A DNA stretch of 64,000 nucleotides from Anaeramoeba ignava BMAN. Lineage: Eukaryota > Protista > Anaeramoebae. Shown piece after piece: positions 25,059-38,581 of the stretch (positions are counted from its first letter, which is position 1; the number at the start of each line of letters is the position of its first letter). The position numbers and the translations under genes were made by a program. A model generated the notes under the pieces. It saw nothing but the letters and a program-made list of their open reading frames with translations, had not been told where the DNA came from and did not search any database. The stretch is from contig JAPDFW010000086.1 in NCBI GenBank assembly GCA_028826165.1, positions 124,001-188,000 of the forward strand, in the 5' to 3' direction.

Positions 25059-28000
25059 ATGCAATTCAAATTAATTTTTGTTTTTTCTCTTTTAATTTTC
25101 ATTCCTAATTCTTTTTCTAATCCAGTTATTGGTCAAAAAACATTAGTTTATGCTTGGAATTATGTTAATTATACATTTCAAACACAAGAAGAAACTGATG
25201 AATATTTTAACAATAAATATTATGAAAATGTTTTTGTAGCAGGTGTTAAAGTTGATTCATTTGGCAGATATTTTGTTACAACTCCTCGATGGTTCAAATT
25301 CAATTTAATTTAATTTAATTTTAATTTAATTTTAATTTAATTTCAATTTAATTTATAATTTAATTTAATTTATAATTTCAATATAATTTAATTTAATTTA
25401 TAATTTAATTTCAATTTAATTTAAATTTATAATTTAAATATATAATTTTAATTTAATTTAATTTAATTTAATATATAATTTTAATATAATTTATAATTTA
25501 ATTACAATTTAATTTAAATTTAATAGGAAAGAAGGAATTCCAGCAACTTTAGGAATTGTTATTACTGATGCTGAAGATAATTTATACATTCAACCATATC
25601 CAAGTTGGGAAATGGTAAAAATTAAAATGAAAAAAAGCAAATAATTTTTTTAATTCCAATTTTTTAATTTCAATTTTTTAATTCCAATTTTTTTTAATTC
25701 CAATTTTTTAATTCCAATTTTTTAATTCCAATTTTTTTAATTCCAATTTTTTAATTCCAATTTTTTTAATTCAATTTTTTAATTCCAATTTTTTAATTCC
25801 AATTTTTTAATTCCAATTTTTTAATTCCAATTTTTTTAATTCCAATTTTTTAATTCCAATTTTTTAATTCCAATTTTTTTTAATTCCAATTTTTTAATTT
25901 CAATTTTTTAATTTCAATTTTTTTTCTTTTTAGAATAAACTTGGTGATCCCAATGCTTTACAAAGTGTTCTTGGTTTTGAAATTGATAATCAAGATCGAA
26001 TTTGGATTCTTGATCAAGGAAAATGTAATGGATCAGCTGCAATAAATGGTTCAATTAAATTGTTGATTTATGATTTAAAAACAGATAATTTGATTCAAAA
26101 ATATGTTTTTTCTGAATCTGAAGCTTCTCTTTCAAATTCTTTTTTGAATGATATTGTTGTTGATGTTGTTGATGGTTTTGGTTATATTTCTGATTCTGGT
26201 TTACCTTTAGTTGAAGGTGATGAATTAGATGGAGGAATTTTGGTATTTAATTAATTATTTATAATTCAATTTCAAATATAATTTATATTATTTTCGTTTG
26301 AATTTAGGTTTATGATTTTAATAAAAACACTGCCAAAAGGTAATTTAATATTTAATTCAAATATTTAATTAATATTTAATATTTAATTCAAATATTTAAT
26401 CCAAATATTTAATACAAATAATATTTAATATTTAATATCTAATTCAAATATTTAATATTTAATTCAAATATTTAATATCTAATCCAAATATTTAATCCAA
26501 ATATTTAATATTTAATATTTAATTCAAATAATATTTAATATTTAATTCAAATAATATTTAATATTTAATTCAAATAATATTTAATATTTAATTCAAATAA
26601 TATTTAATATTTAATTCAAATATTTAATATTTAATTCAAATATTTAATATTTAATTCAAATAATATTTAATTTTATTAATATTTATTTAATTCAAATATT
26701 TAATATTTAATATCTAATTCAAATATTTAATATTTAATCCAAATATTTAATATTTAATATTTAATTCAAAAATATTTAATATTTAATCCAAATATTTATT
26801 TTTAATATTTAATATTTAATCCAAATATTTAATTCAAATATTTAATCCAAAATATTTAATCCAAATAATATTTAATATTTAATTCAAATAATATTTAATA
26901 TTTAATTCAAATATTTAATATTTAATCCAAATATTTAATATTTAATATTTAATTCAAATAATATTTAATATTTATTTAATTCAAATAATATTTAATATTT
27001 AATTCAAATAATATTTAATATTTAATTCAAATAATATTTAAATTTAATTCAAATAATATTTAATATTTAAATTCAAATCCAAATATATTAATTCAAATAT
27101 TTATATTTAATTCAAATATTTAATATTTAATTCAAATAATATTTAATATCTAATTCAAATATTTAATATCTAATTCAAATAATATTTAATATTTAATCCA
27201 AATATTTAATATTTAATATTTAATTCAAATATTTAATATTTAATATTTAATATTTAATATTTAATCCAAATATTTAATATTAATATTTAATTCAAATAAT
27301 ATTTAATATTTAATTCAAATATTTAATTCAAATATTTAATTCAAATATTTAATTCAAATATTTAATTCATTTTAATTTTAATAATAAAAAGAGTTCTAAA
27401 TCATCAAACATGCACACAAAATTCAAGTCTTTGGATCTCAATTAATGGCGAACATGTATATCATGATCAACCAATGGAAACTGGAGCGGATGGAATTGCA
27501 TTATCACCTGATCGAACAGTTTTAGTATTTTGTCCATTAACATCAAGAACAAATTATCGAATCAACACTGAATATTTAAAAAATTGGAAACTCAATGACA
27601 ACGAATTAGTTCAACATGTAGTTTCAATGCCGAAATTATCTGCTTCAGATGGATTAGCATTTGGAAATAATTCAGTATTATTTGTGACAGGTCTTGAAAC
27701 AAGTTCAATATATTCATATGATAATCCAATTCAAAATCCATCCAAATTTGAAATTTTAACAAGTGATACTCAATCAATGCTTTGGCCTGATACGATTGGT
27801 TTTGATCACCAAGGAAATATTGTTGTTGTTTCAAATCAATTACATAAATTCTTAATGAATGAACTTGTTTTCAATTTGACTAATCCAATGGATTTTATTA
27901 ATTTTAGAATTTGGAAAATTTATGCTGATTGTGATTCTTATTTGTTTTATTCTTCTCCTCAACCTTCTTCTACTTCTTCTTCAAGTTCTAGTAATACTGT

Positions 28001-28136
28001 TAGAAATGTTTTTATCGCTTTAACTGCTGTTTTTGCTGTTGGTTTTATTTTTCTTTTGATTAATCAATTCCGTCTTCATAGAAAGTATAAACCAAGAAGA
28101 ATGTTTTCTCCTGAAACTAATTCTCTTTTGAATTAG
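25059..28136 (+). CDS. Yellow/major royal jelly-like beta-propeller with signal peptide and C-terminal TM, 5 exons
   Basis: Exons 25059-25291, 25527-25614, 25934-26242, 26308-26339, 27392-28136 splice in frame. Motifs FVTTPRW, GIPATL, PYPSW, RIWILDQG, SFLNDIVVD, GADGIALSPD, WPDT. Confidence 0.85.
26345..27365. repeat. Intronic AT-rich satellite (AATATTT / AATTCA units)
   Basis: Fills the 1052-bp intron 26340-27391. Confidence 0.85.
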
Positions 28137-28519
28137 TTTGATTTTTTTTTTCTTTTTCTTTTCCAAAATTAAAATCATTTGATTTCGATTTTGAATTTAT
28201 TTTTAAATTTTAATTTTAATTTTAATTTTAATTTTAATTTTAATTTTAATTTTAATTTTAATTTTTAATTTTAATTTTAATTTTGATTTTAATTTTAATT
28301 TTAATTTTAATTTTCCTTTGATTTTGATTTGAATTTTAATTTTAATTTTAATTTTCATTTTCGTTTTGATTTTCATTTTAATTTTAATTTTAATATTAAT
28401 TTTAATTTTAATTTTAATTTTAATTTTAATTTTGATTTTGATTTGAATTTTAATTTTAATTTTAATCTTTCTTTTCATTTTCTTTTAAATTTTCATTTTC
28501 GTTTTGATTTTTTTTAATT

Positions 28520-31500
28520 TTAATTTTCCTTTAAATTTTCGTTTTGATTTGAATTTTCATTTTCATTTTGATTTGAATTTTCATTTTCATTTTCATTTTC
28601 CTTTAAATTTTCATTTTCCTTTTCCTTTAAATTTTCATTTTCATTCTCATTTTGATTCTCATTTAAATTCTCATTGGGAATTTTAATATCATGATCATTT
28701 TCTTGTTCATCATCTTTTTCTTCTTTTTTCTCTTCTACAATCTTATACTGTTCATAATCTTTTAAAATATCAATTAATTCATTTAATAAACCAACAAATT
28801 CAACATTTTCTGAATTTTTTTCTGTTAATTCTCTCAATTTATCAATAGTTTGAACCAAAAATTTTTTTGCATTTTCTAAATCTAAAAATGTTTTCATAAC
28901 TGAACATAATTTTGAAATCATTTCCAAATCATTATAATTTAATAATGTAATGAATCCTTTTGTATCAAAAGGTTTTTCAAAAAGAAATTCTCTTGTTTTT
29001 TCTAAAATGAATTAAAAAAATATATAAATTTTCAATTTTTTGATTTTAAAAATTCAATTATAAAATTTACTTTGTTTTCCTAAATGTTCAAATATTTTAA
29101 TTCCATCAAGTTGAACTTCTCCAAATTTTGATTTTGTTAATAAAGAAATTACGTAACTAATATCTTTTTCAATAAAATTGCATAAAATTTCTTCAGATTC
29201 TGTACTAAGTACTAAATTAGATATTGCTCTTGCTGCAAGATAATAATTTCTTGGAACTTTTTCAGTTTTTGCAAGTTTCATTAATGAATCAATACAATCT
29301 TTTTGAATAATTAATGCACAATTTTCTTGAACTTTTTTAATTTAATATTAATATTAATTTTAATTTTAAATTTTAATTTTAATTTTAATTTTAATATTAA
29401 TTTTAATAATTTTAATTTTAATTTTTTAATTTTAATTTTAATTTTAATTTTAATTTTAATTTTAATTTTAATTTTTAATTTTAATTTTAATTTTAATTTT
29501 AATTTTAATTTTTAATTTTAATTTTAATTTTAATTTTGATTTTAATTTTAATTTTAATTTTTAAATGAATTTTAATTTTAATTTTAATTTTAATTTTTAA
29601 TTTTAATTTTAATTTTTAATTTTAATTTTAAATTTTAATTTTTAATTTTAATTTTTAAATGAATTTTAATTTTAATTTTTAAATGAATTTTAATTTATTA
29701 CTTGTTGTTAAAAAATTTAATGTTGTAACTCCATAATTTTGAATTTCAGGTCTTTCACTTTCCAATAAATTTGCTAAAAGAGGAAATATTTCTGGATAAT
29801 TTTTAAATGATATTCGATTTTTTTCTTAAAGTTCAAAAGAAAAGAAAAATGTCAAAATTCAAAATGTCAAAATAATTGATTTATTTTAATTTGAATTAAA
29901 ATACCACAATAAGCTAAATTTCTAATAACTCCTCCAGCAAGATGTTGAATACGAATATTTTCATGTTTAATCAATTCCATTAATTTTTTCAAAATATCTT
30001 TCTCCATTAATTTGAAAATTGTTTCCTCTTTTTTTACAAAGGAAATAATTTTTTGAATTGAAATATTTTTTGATTTTTTGATTTAAAATCAATTTTTTGA
30101 TTTGAAATCAATTTTTGATTTGAAATAAATTTTTGAATTAAAATAATTTTTTGAATTAAAATAATTTTTTGATTTAAAATAAATTTTTAAATTGAAATAA
30201 TTTTTTGATTTAAAATAAATTTTTGATTTAAAATAAATTTTTGATTTAAAATAAATTTTTGATTTAAAATAAATTTTTAATTTAAAATAAATTTTTGATT
30301 TGAAATCAATTTTTTGATTTGAAATCAATTTTTTGATTTGAAATAATTTTTTGATTTGAAATAATTTTTTGATTTAAAATAAATTTTTGATTTAAAATAA
30401 TTTTTTGATTTAAAATAAATTTTTGATTTAAAATAATTTTTTGATTTGAAATCAATTTTTGAATTAAAATAAATTTTTTGATTTGAAATCAATTTTTTGA
30501 ATTGAAATAAATTTTTTGAATTGAAAAAGTAATTTACCAGAACGTGCTAAATTCCCCATCCACATTGCTCCATAAAGTAATAATGTTTCATTTTCAGAAA
30601 ATATTAATCCTTTTACTATATCAAGTGCTGAATTTGCAAGCATAATTTCAATTCCTTTATCTTCAAGAGATAAATAAGATAATGATCTATAAGCCATTAT
30701 TTGAATTTCTTCAGATAATTTCTGTTGTGAAAATTCCAATAAAGGAACAATAAGATTTTGTTCAACAACAACACGTCGAGTTTGATCTTATTCAATAACA
30801 TGACATGAGAAGAAAATTTTTTCATTTCAAGTTTTAGTAAATTTTTTTAAATTAAATTTTTTCATTTCAAGTTTTAAATTAAGTTTTTCATTTCAAGTTT
30901 TAAATTAATTTTTTTCATTTCAAGTTTTAAATTAAATTTACCATTAACACAAATATGTGTAAATATTTCCAATGCCATTTGTTGAATATCCTTTTTTTTA
31001 GTTGTAATCAAATTAAGTAAATCTGTTGCTGTATTTCCTTCTGCAATAAAAGGAATATTATCTTCATTATCAACAAGAACTGATAAAGTTCTGAGAACAA
31101 AAAATAATAACTCTTTTTCTTCTTTTAATTTCAATAAAGCTGTAATCAATCCAATCCCACCTTTCTTTCCAATTTCAGCTTGAATTTGTTCTAAAAAAAT
31201 TTCATTTCAATAAATTAATTTTATTAATTTTATTAATTTTATTAATTTTATTATTTTTATTATTTTTATTATTTTTATTATTTTTATTATTATTTTTATT
31301 ATTTATTACCATTTTCATTTGAAAAATTTAAAATAAAACCAACACAATTTCTTAAAAGTCCAATATTAGTTTCAGGTGCTTTTTTAAAAATATCCAAAAA
31401 CTTTTCAAGTTGATTTTTTTCTAAAATTTTTTTCCGATTTTCATCTAAAAAGAAAAATTTTTTTTTTAAAATTAAATTTTTTCAAATCAAAAAAAAACAA

Positions 31501-31990
31501 CAACAATTTATTTGAATTAACAGAATGATTTAAATTTATTTGTTGAAAAGATTTATAAGTATTAAATACCATGATCAAAACATAAATTCCCAAAAACTCT
31601 TAGAGACAATCTCCAGACCTCTTGATCATCTTTTTCAAGAAGTGAGAAAAGTAGATCAAAAACTGGAGAAGCAGAGATTTTTGATCTATTCTCTTCATCT
31701 TTTCCTAATTCGCCAAGAAGGTCTAAAATCATCAGGATCAATTCCTGTGAGTGATTTTTAATAATATTCTCTATTCCAACCAAAATTCCATTATCAACAA
31801 AAAAACTGAGTGAATCGGCTTTTATTTTAATTGTTATTTTTAATTATTTTTAATTTTAATTATTATTTTTTTATTTTTTATTTTTACAATTTGAACGTGC
31901 TTCTTCTAGAATTTGTTTTACTATTTCTTCTAAATTTTCTGGTTTTTCTTGTGTTGATAATTGATTAAATTGTAAAAGTAAATTTTCCAT
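28520..31990 (-). CDS. Armadillo-repeat protein (SmgGDS/RAP1GDS1/darlin-like), 9 exons
   Basis: Exons 31990-31888, 31818-31570, 31444-31310, 31190-30942, 30786-30538, 30027-29905, 29824-29702, 29325-29071, 29001-28520 splice in frame. ARM motifs LRVFGNLCFDHDENR, MGNLARSEE, GVIRNLA. Confidence 0.75.
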
Positions 31991-32091
31991 TTAAAAAAAA
32001 AAATGAAAAAAATGAATTTTAAATTTTCCGTTAAAAAAAAAATTAATTAATTAAAAATCAAATTTTTTTTTTCTTTTTCAACACAAAACAA

Positions 32092-35000
32092 ATGGAATCA
32101 ATATCAAATTCAAATTCAAAATCAAAATCAATATCAAAATCAATATCAAATTCAAAATCAAATTCAATATTAAATTCAAATTCAAATTCAAATTTAAATT
32201 CAAATTTAAAATCAAATTCAAATTCAAAATCAAATTCAAATTCAATATCAAATTCAAATTCAAATTTAAATTCAAATTCAAATCCAATATCAAATTCAAA
32301 TTCAAATTCAAATTCAATATCAAATTCAAATTCAAAATCAAATTCAATATCAAATTCAAATTCAATATTAAATTCAAAATCAAATTCAAATTCAAATTCA
32401 AAATCAAATTCAAATTCAAATTCAAATTCAAATTCAAATTCAAATTCAAATTCAAAATCAAATTCAAATTCAAAATCAAATTCAAAATCAATATCAAATT
32501 CAATATCAAATTCAATATCAAATTCAAATTCAAATTCAAAATCAAAATCAAATTCAAATTCAAATTCAAATTCAAAATCAAATTCAAATTCAAAATCAAT
32601 ATCAAATTCAATATCAAATTCAAAATCAAATTCAAATTTAAATTTAAATTCAAATCCAAATTCAAATTCAAATTCAAATTCAAATTCAAATTCAAAATTA
32701 AATTCAAAATCAAATTCAAATTCAAAATCAAATTCAAATTCAATATCAAATCCAAATTCAATATTAAAATCAAAATCAAATTTAAATTCAATATCAAATT
32801 CAAAATCAAATTCAAATTCAATATCAAATTCAATATTAAATTCAAATTCAAATTTAAATTCAATATCAAATCCAAATTCAAATTCAATATTAAATTCAAT
32901 ATCAAATCCAAATTCAAATTCAATATCAAATTCAAATCCAATATTAAATTCAAATTTAAATTCAAATTCAATATCAAATCCAAATTCAAATTCAAATTTA
33001 AAATCAAATCCAAATTCAATATCAAAATCAAATTCAAATTCAAATTCAAATTCAAATTCAAATTCAAATTAAATTCAAATTCAAATTCAAATTCAAATTC
33101 AAAATCAAAATCAAAATCAAATTCAATATTAAATTCAAATTCAAAATCAAAATCAAAATCAAAATCAAAATCAAATTCAAATTCAGAATCTGATTCTGAA
33201 GAATTTGATTTATCTTTACTTTGTGAAGAAGCGCAATCAATTAAAAAAGATCTTGATTCTTTAAAACAACCAAAAACTGAAAAAAAAAATAATAATCATT
33301 TTACAAACAAACTTCTTAATCATCTAAACCCAAAAAAAATTGATCAAATTCCCAAAAAAATCCCAAAAAAATCAATCCAAAAAATTGATGAAAACAATAC
33401 TTCAAATGATTCATCTTTATTTGGAATATCAATAGAGTAATTTATCAATAAATTATTTTGAATTTATTCTTTTTAATTGATTTTTAACAAATCTTGATTT
33501 AGTTTTGAAAATTCAACAAAAAAAGAAGTTTTTGATCTTCTTTCAAAAAAGAAAATTATTCCACTTTTACATTTAGAAAGATTTATCCAAAAAATAACTC
33601 GAATTAGTATTGATAATACTAAAACACAAGATATTTTTTCACCAAAAGGTTTTTATTATTTTGGGATTATATGCAAAAAACAAGAAAAATTAACTCAAAA
33701 AAATGAAGAAAAATATTTAAATTGTACTTTAACTGATTTGAATCAATCCAAAGTTTATCTTATTTCTTATGATATTCACTTAAGTTTTTTAAAAGAACAA
33801 CCACTTGGTTCAGTCATTTTATTTTCAGATTTCAAAGTTCATAAAGAACAAAATTCAATTTTGATTAATTTCAATAAGAATAGTCAAATCAAAAAAATTG
33901 GAACAAGTCTTGATTTTTCAATTTGTCAATTTAAAGATGAAAAAGGAATTGCTTGTGATTCTTGGATAAATAAAAGAAAAGGGAAATATTGTTCAGAACA
34001 TTTGAGTTTTCTTTTAGAAATGATGAGATCTCAAAGGGCTGATCTTAATTCACAGTAAATCAATCTAAAATAATTTAAATTAATTTAGATAAATTTAAAT
34101 TAATTTAGATAAATTTAAATCAATTTAGATAAAAAGTGGAATAAATATTGAAATAAATATTGAAATAAATATTTAAATAAATATTGAAATAAATATTGAA
34201 ATAAATATTGAAATAAATATTGAAATAAATATTGAAATAAATATTTAAATAAATATTGAAATAAATATTTAAATAAATATTGAAATAAATATTTAAATAA
34301 ATATTGAAATAAATATTGAAATAAATATTTAAAATAAATATTGAAATAAATATTTAAATAAATATTTAAATAAATATTGAAATAAATATTTAAATAAATA
34401 TTTAAATAAATATTGAAAATAAATATTTAAAACAAATAAATAAATAAATATTTAAATATTTAAATAAAATAAAATTTAAATAAATATTTAAATAAATATT
34501 TTAAATAAATATTGAAATAAAACAAAATAAATATTTAAATAAATATTTAAAATAAATATTGGAAATAAATATTTAAAAATATTAAATATTGAAATAAAAT
34601 AAATATTTAAAAAATAAATATTAAATAAATATTTAAAATTTAAATAAATATTTAAATAAATATTGAAATAAATAAAATTTAAATAAATATTTAAATAAAT
34701 ATTGAAATAAATATTTTAAATAAATATTTGAAATAAATATTTAAATAAATATTTAAATAAATATTTAAATAAATATTTGAAATAAATTTAAATTAAAATA
34801 AATATTTAAATAAATATTGAAAAATATTGAAATAAATATTGAAATAAATAAAATAAATATTGAAAATAAATATTGAAAATAAATATTGAAATAAAATTTA
34901 TTGAAATAAATATTGAAATAAATATTGGAAATAAATATTTAAAATAAAATATTGAAAATAAATATTTAAATAAATATTGAAATAAATATTGAAATAAATA

Positions 35001-35849
35001 TTTTAAATAAATATTTAAATAAATATTAAAAATAAATATTGAAAATCTCTAAATATTGAAATAAATATTTAAATAAATATTTAAAAATTGAAATAAATAT
35101 TGAAATAAACATTGAAATAAATATTTAAATAAATATTAAAATAAATATTTAAATAAATATTTAAATAAATATTTAAATAAATATTGAAAAAATAAATATT
35201 GAAATAAATATTGAAATAAATATTGAAATAAATATTGAAATAAATATTTAAATAAATATTTAAATAAATATTAGAATAAATATTCAAATAAAAATTGAAA
35301 TAAATATTTAAATAAATATTGAAATAAAAATTGAAATAAATATTGAAATAAATATTTAAATAAATATTGAAATAAAAATTGAAATAAATATTTAAATAAA
35401 TATTGAAATAAATATTTAAATAAATATTGAAATAAATATTGGAATAAATATTCAAATAAATATTTAAATAAAAATCTAAATAAAAATTGATTTATTTTAG
35501 AAAAATGGCAGTTCAAAGATCAGATCAAGAATCAAGAAAAAGAGGAACAGATGAAATCCAAATTTTAAGAAAAACTGATCATTCTTTTGAAAGAAAAAGA
35601 CAAATTATTACAAAACTTCAAAATTCTAAACATAAAACTAATGGATTAAGAAGTGTTTGTATTTCATTAGATAAATCAAAAAATTTAAATAAAAAAAAGA
35701 CAATTGAAGAACTTGAATTATTGAAAAATAAAAAAACAAGAAAATCTCATCAACTTGCAATGAGTATAATTTCTAATAGTCAACCTTGTTTAGGAAGAGG
35801 ATTTAATACAAATGAAAAAGATGAAGAAAATTTTTTAATTTTAAAATGA
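32092..35849 (+). CDS. MCM10: Mcm10-like replication factor with N-terminal Ser/Asn tract (1-nt frameshift near 33070), 3 exons
   Basis: Exons 32092-33436, 33503-34054, 35501-35849. OB-fold followed by the CCCH finger IGTSLDFSIC...C...N...YCSEH, then RADLNS and PCLGRG, matching Mcm10 as I recall it. Confidence 0.7.
34140..35480. repeat. Intronic 12-mer satellite (AAATAAATATTG/T)n
   Basis: Fills the 1446-bp intron 34055-35500. Confidence 0.9.
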
Positions 35850-35892
35850 TTTTTTTTCAATTCATTTTTTTTTCATTTTTTTCCTTTTTCAA

Positions 35893-36467
35893 ATGAATGA
35901 AGAATCTGAAAATGATATTGAATTAAGAAATGCAAAATTATCTCTTAATGAATCTACAACATCAATATGTGAAGCAAAACAAGCAAATCTACCTTTATCA
36001 AGAAATACAATAACTGGATTAAATTTTTTAGTTTATAATTATATTGGTAAATAAATTAAAAATAAAAAAATTAAATTAAAATAAATTAAATTTAAAAATC
36101 GGATAAAAATTTTTATTTTCAATTTTTTTTAAAAGAAAAAACTTTGGCTTCTGATTTAGAATCATTTGCTAATCATGCAAAAAGAACTACTATTAATCAA
36201 TCTGATGTTCTTCTTTGTTGTAGAAATAATCAAAAAATGTATTCAAAAATGAAAGAATTTATTGCAAATTTAGAAAAAAAACAAAAAAGAGCAAAAAGAG
36301 AAGAAAAAATTAAAAAAGAATTTAAAATTGATGAAAAACCTAAAAAATCCAAATCTAAATCTAAATCTAAATCAAAATCAAAATCTAAATCTAGGCCAAA
36401 ATCTAGACCAAAATTAAAATCAAAATCAAAATCAAAATCAAAATCAAATCTAAAATCCCAAAAATAA
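35893..36467 (+). CDS. CENPS: Centromere protein S / MHF1 histone-fold protein, 2 exons
   Basis: Exons 35893-36046 and 36136-36467. LASDLESFANHAKRTTINQSDVLLCCR matches the CENP-S signature. KS-repeat tail. Confidence 0.8.
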
Positions 36468-36684
36468 GAAAAAGAAATGAATTTAAATCAAAATCAAAAT
36501 CAAAATCAAAATCAAAATCAAAATCAAATTCAAAATCAAAATCAAAATCAAAATTAAAATCAAAATCAAAATCAAAATCAATTTAAAAATATAAATTAAA
36601 ATCAAAATCAAAATCAAAATCAAAATTTAAAAAATTTTTTTCATTTTTTTGTTTCATTTTTTTTCTTTCTTTCTTCTTTATAAA

Positions 36685-38380
36685 ATGAAAAATAAAAAGA
36701 AAAATAGAAAATCAAAACAAAAATCAATTAAATTTCCTTTTGGATTATCAAATCCTTCAAAAATAATCCCAAAATCAATTCCTTCTTTAAATCTTTATTC
36801 TGAATGGGTTTATGAAAAAAATCAATTATCATTTCTAAAATATCTTTTTGATTCCAAACAATTTATTGAAATTTTTGAAAAATATCCAAATCCAAAACTT
36901 CAAAGAAATTTAAGAAAATTAATCCAAATAGGAACAATTCAAACTTGTTTATCAAGTCGTTATTATTTATCAAATGGAGAAGTTGTACATTTGAATAAAA
37001 AAAAACTTGAAAATGAAACTAAATCAACAATTTTCTACACAAAAGATCATTCATTTTCTTTTAAAAAACCAGATTCTTCTTTAAAAACCAAGTTTTTTGT
37101 TATTGAAGGTGATTGTTTGGAAACTGCTTTTTTATTCAAAAATACAACAGATTTAAAAACTGCTGTCTTAGTTATGGCTTCAAGATCAAATCCAGGTCTG
37201 AAAAAAAAGAAGAAGAAGAAAAAAAAATTTTTTTGTTCCACTTTTTTTAATTCTCTTTTTTTTTTTGCTTTTCAAAAAATTATTATTATTTTATTATTTT
37301 TATTTTTTTATTATTATTATTTTTATTATTATTAGGTGGAGGTTATTTAAAAGGTGCTTCAGGTCAAGGTATTTAAAAAAATATAATTAAAAAATTTCTC
37401 AATAATTTTATTAAAAAAATACTTTTTATTATTTTTATTAGAAGGTAAATTTGTTTTTTGATTGAAAATTTTTTTATTGAAATTTTTTCATTTAAATAAA
37501 AAATAAAAAGAAAATTTACACAGAAGAACAAATCTTTTTCAATGTACAGATGATCCTTATCAAATTAATCCAAGTAAAAAATGGGATTATCCACTTCCAG
37601 AAAAAGGTGAAAAATTAAAAATAAAAAATTAAATAAAAAATTAAATAAAAAATTAATTTAGGAGGTTTATATTGTAATGAAGTAACATGTTTCAGAAAAG
37701 GAGAAGAAGAAGGTTATCAATTTTATGAATCACCTCAAACAATGAATTTTATTTTTGTTTATGGTATTCAATTTTTAAATGATATTTTTATCTAATCAAA
37801 AAAATCAATTAATTTTTTTTTTCAATTTTTCAGCTTATCAAGACCCTCCTTTGAGTTTTCCAGAAAAAGGAGAACCAAGAATTACTGGAGGAATTGTTAA
37901 ACATATAAAAGAGAAAATTGGATATATTATTGATATTGCAAAAGAAAACGGTAAAAAATTGAAAAATATAAAAAAATATTTTGTTCCACTTTTTTTTATC
38001 AATTATTTTTTCAATTATTTATTATTAATTATTTTTCCAATTATTTTTTCACAATTTTGGTTCATAAAGAAATTAAGTGTTTAATTTTATCAGCATGGGG
38101 ATGCGGAATTTATAAAAATCCTCCAAAACATATTGCGGAAATGTTTAAAGAAATACTTTTTTTAGAAAAGAATCAAAATTTTTTTGAAATTGTTTGTTTT
38201 GCCATTTTGGAAAAAAAACCATTTTCTCTTCATAATCCAAATGGAAGTTTACAACCTTTTTCACAAATTTTTGGAATAGAGAAAATTTCCTTTTTAAATC
38301 TAAAAGAAAAATTAACTGAAAAAGAAAAAGAAGAAGAAAAACAAGAAATCAAAATTGAAAATAATTTAAAAGAAAAATGA
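36685..38380 (+). CDS. Microbial-type PARG / TIGR02452-like macrodomain protein, 7 exons including a 3-nt microexon
   Basis: Exons 36685-37195, 37336-37368, 37442-37444, 37511-37606, 37662-37763, 37834-37950, 38070-38380 give MASRSNPGGGYLKGASGQEENLHRRT and LILSAWGCGIYKNPP. Confidence 0.85.
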
Positions 38381-38581
38381 GAAAAAATTGAGAAAAAAAA
38401 AAAGGATTTTAAATAATAAACACTTTTTAAAATTCATTCCAAAATTAAATTTAAAAACAATTTTAAGTTTTTTTTTTTTTTTTCATTTTTCATTTTTCAT
38501 TTTTTCTTTTTTTAAAACAAAAACAAAAAAACAAAAATTAAATTAATTTGAAAAAAAAAAAAACAAAACTAAAAAAAAAGA

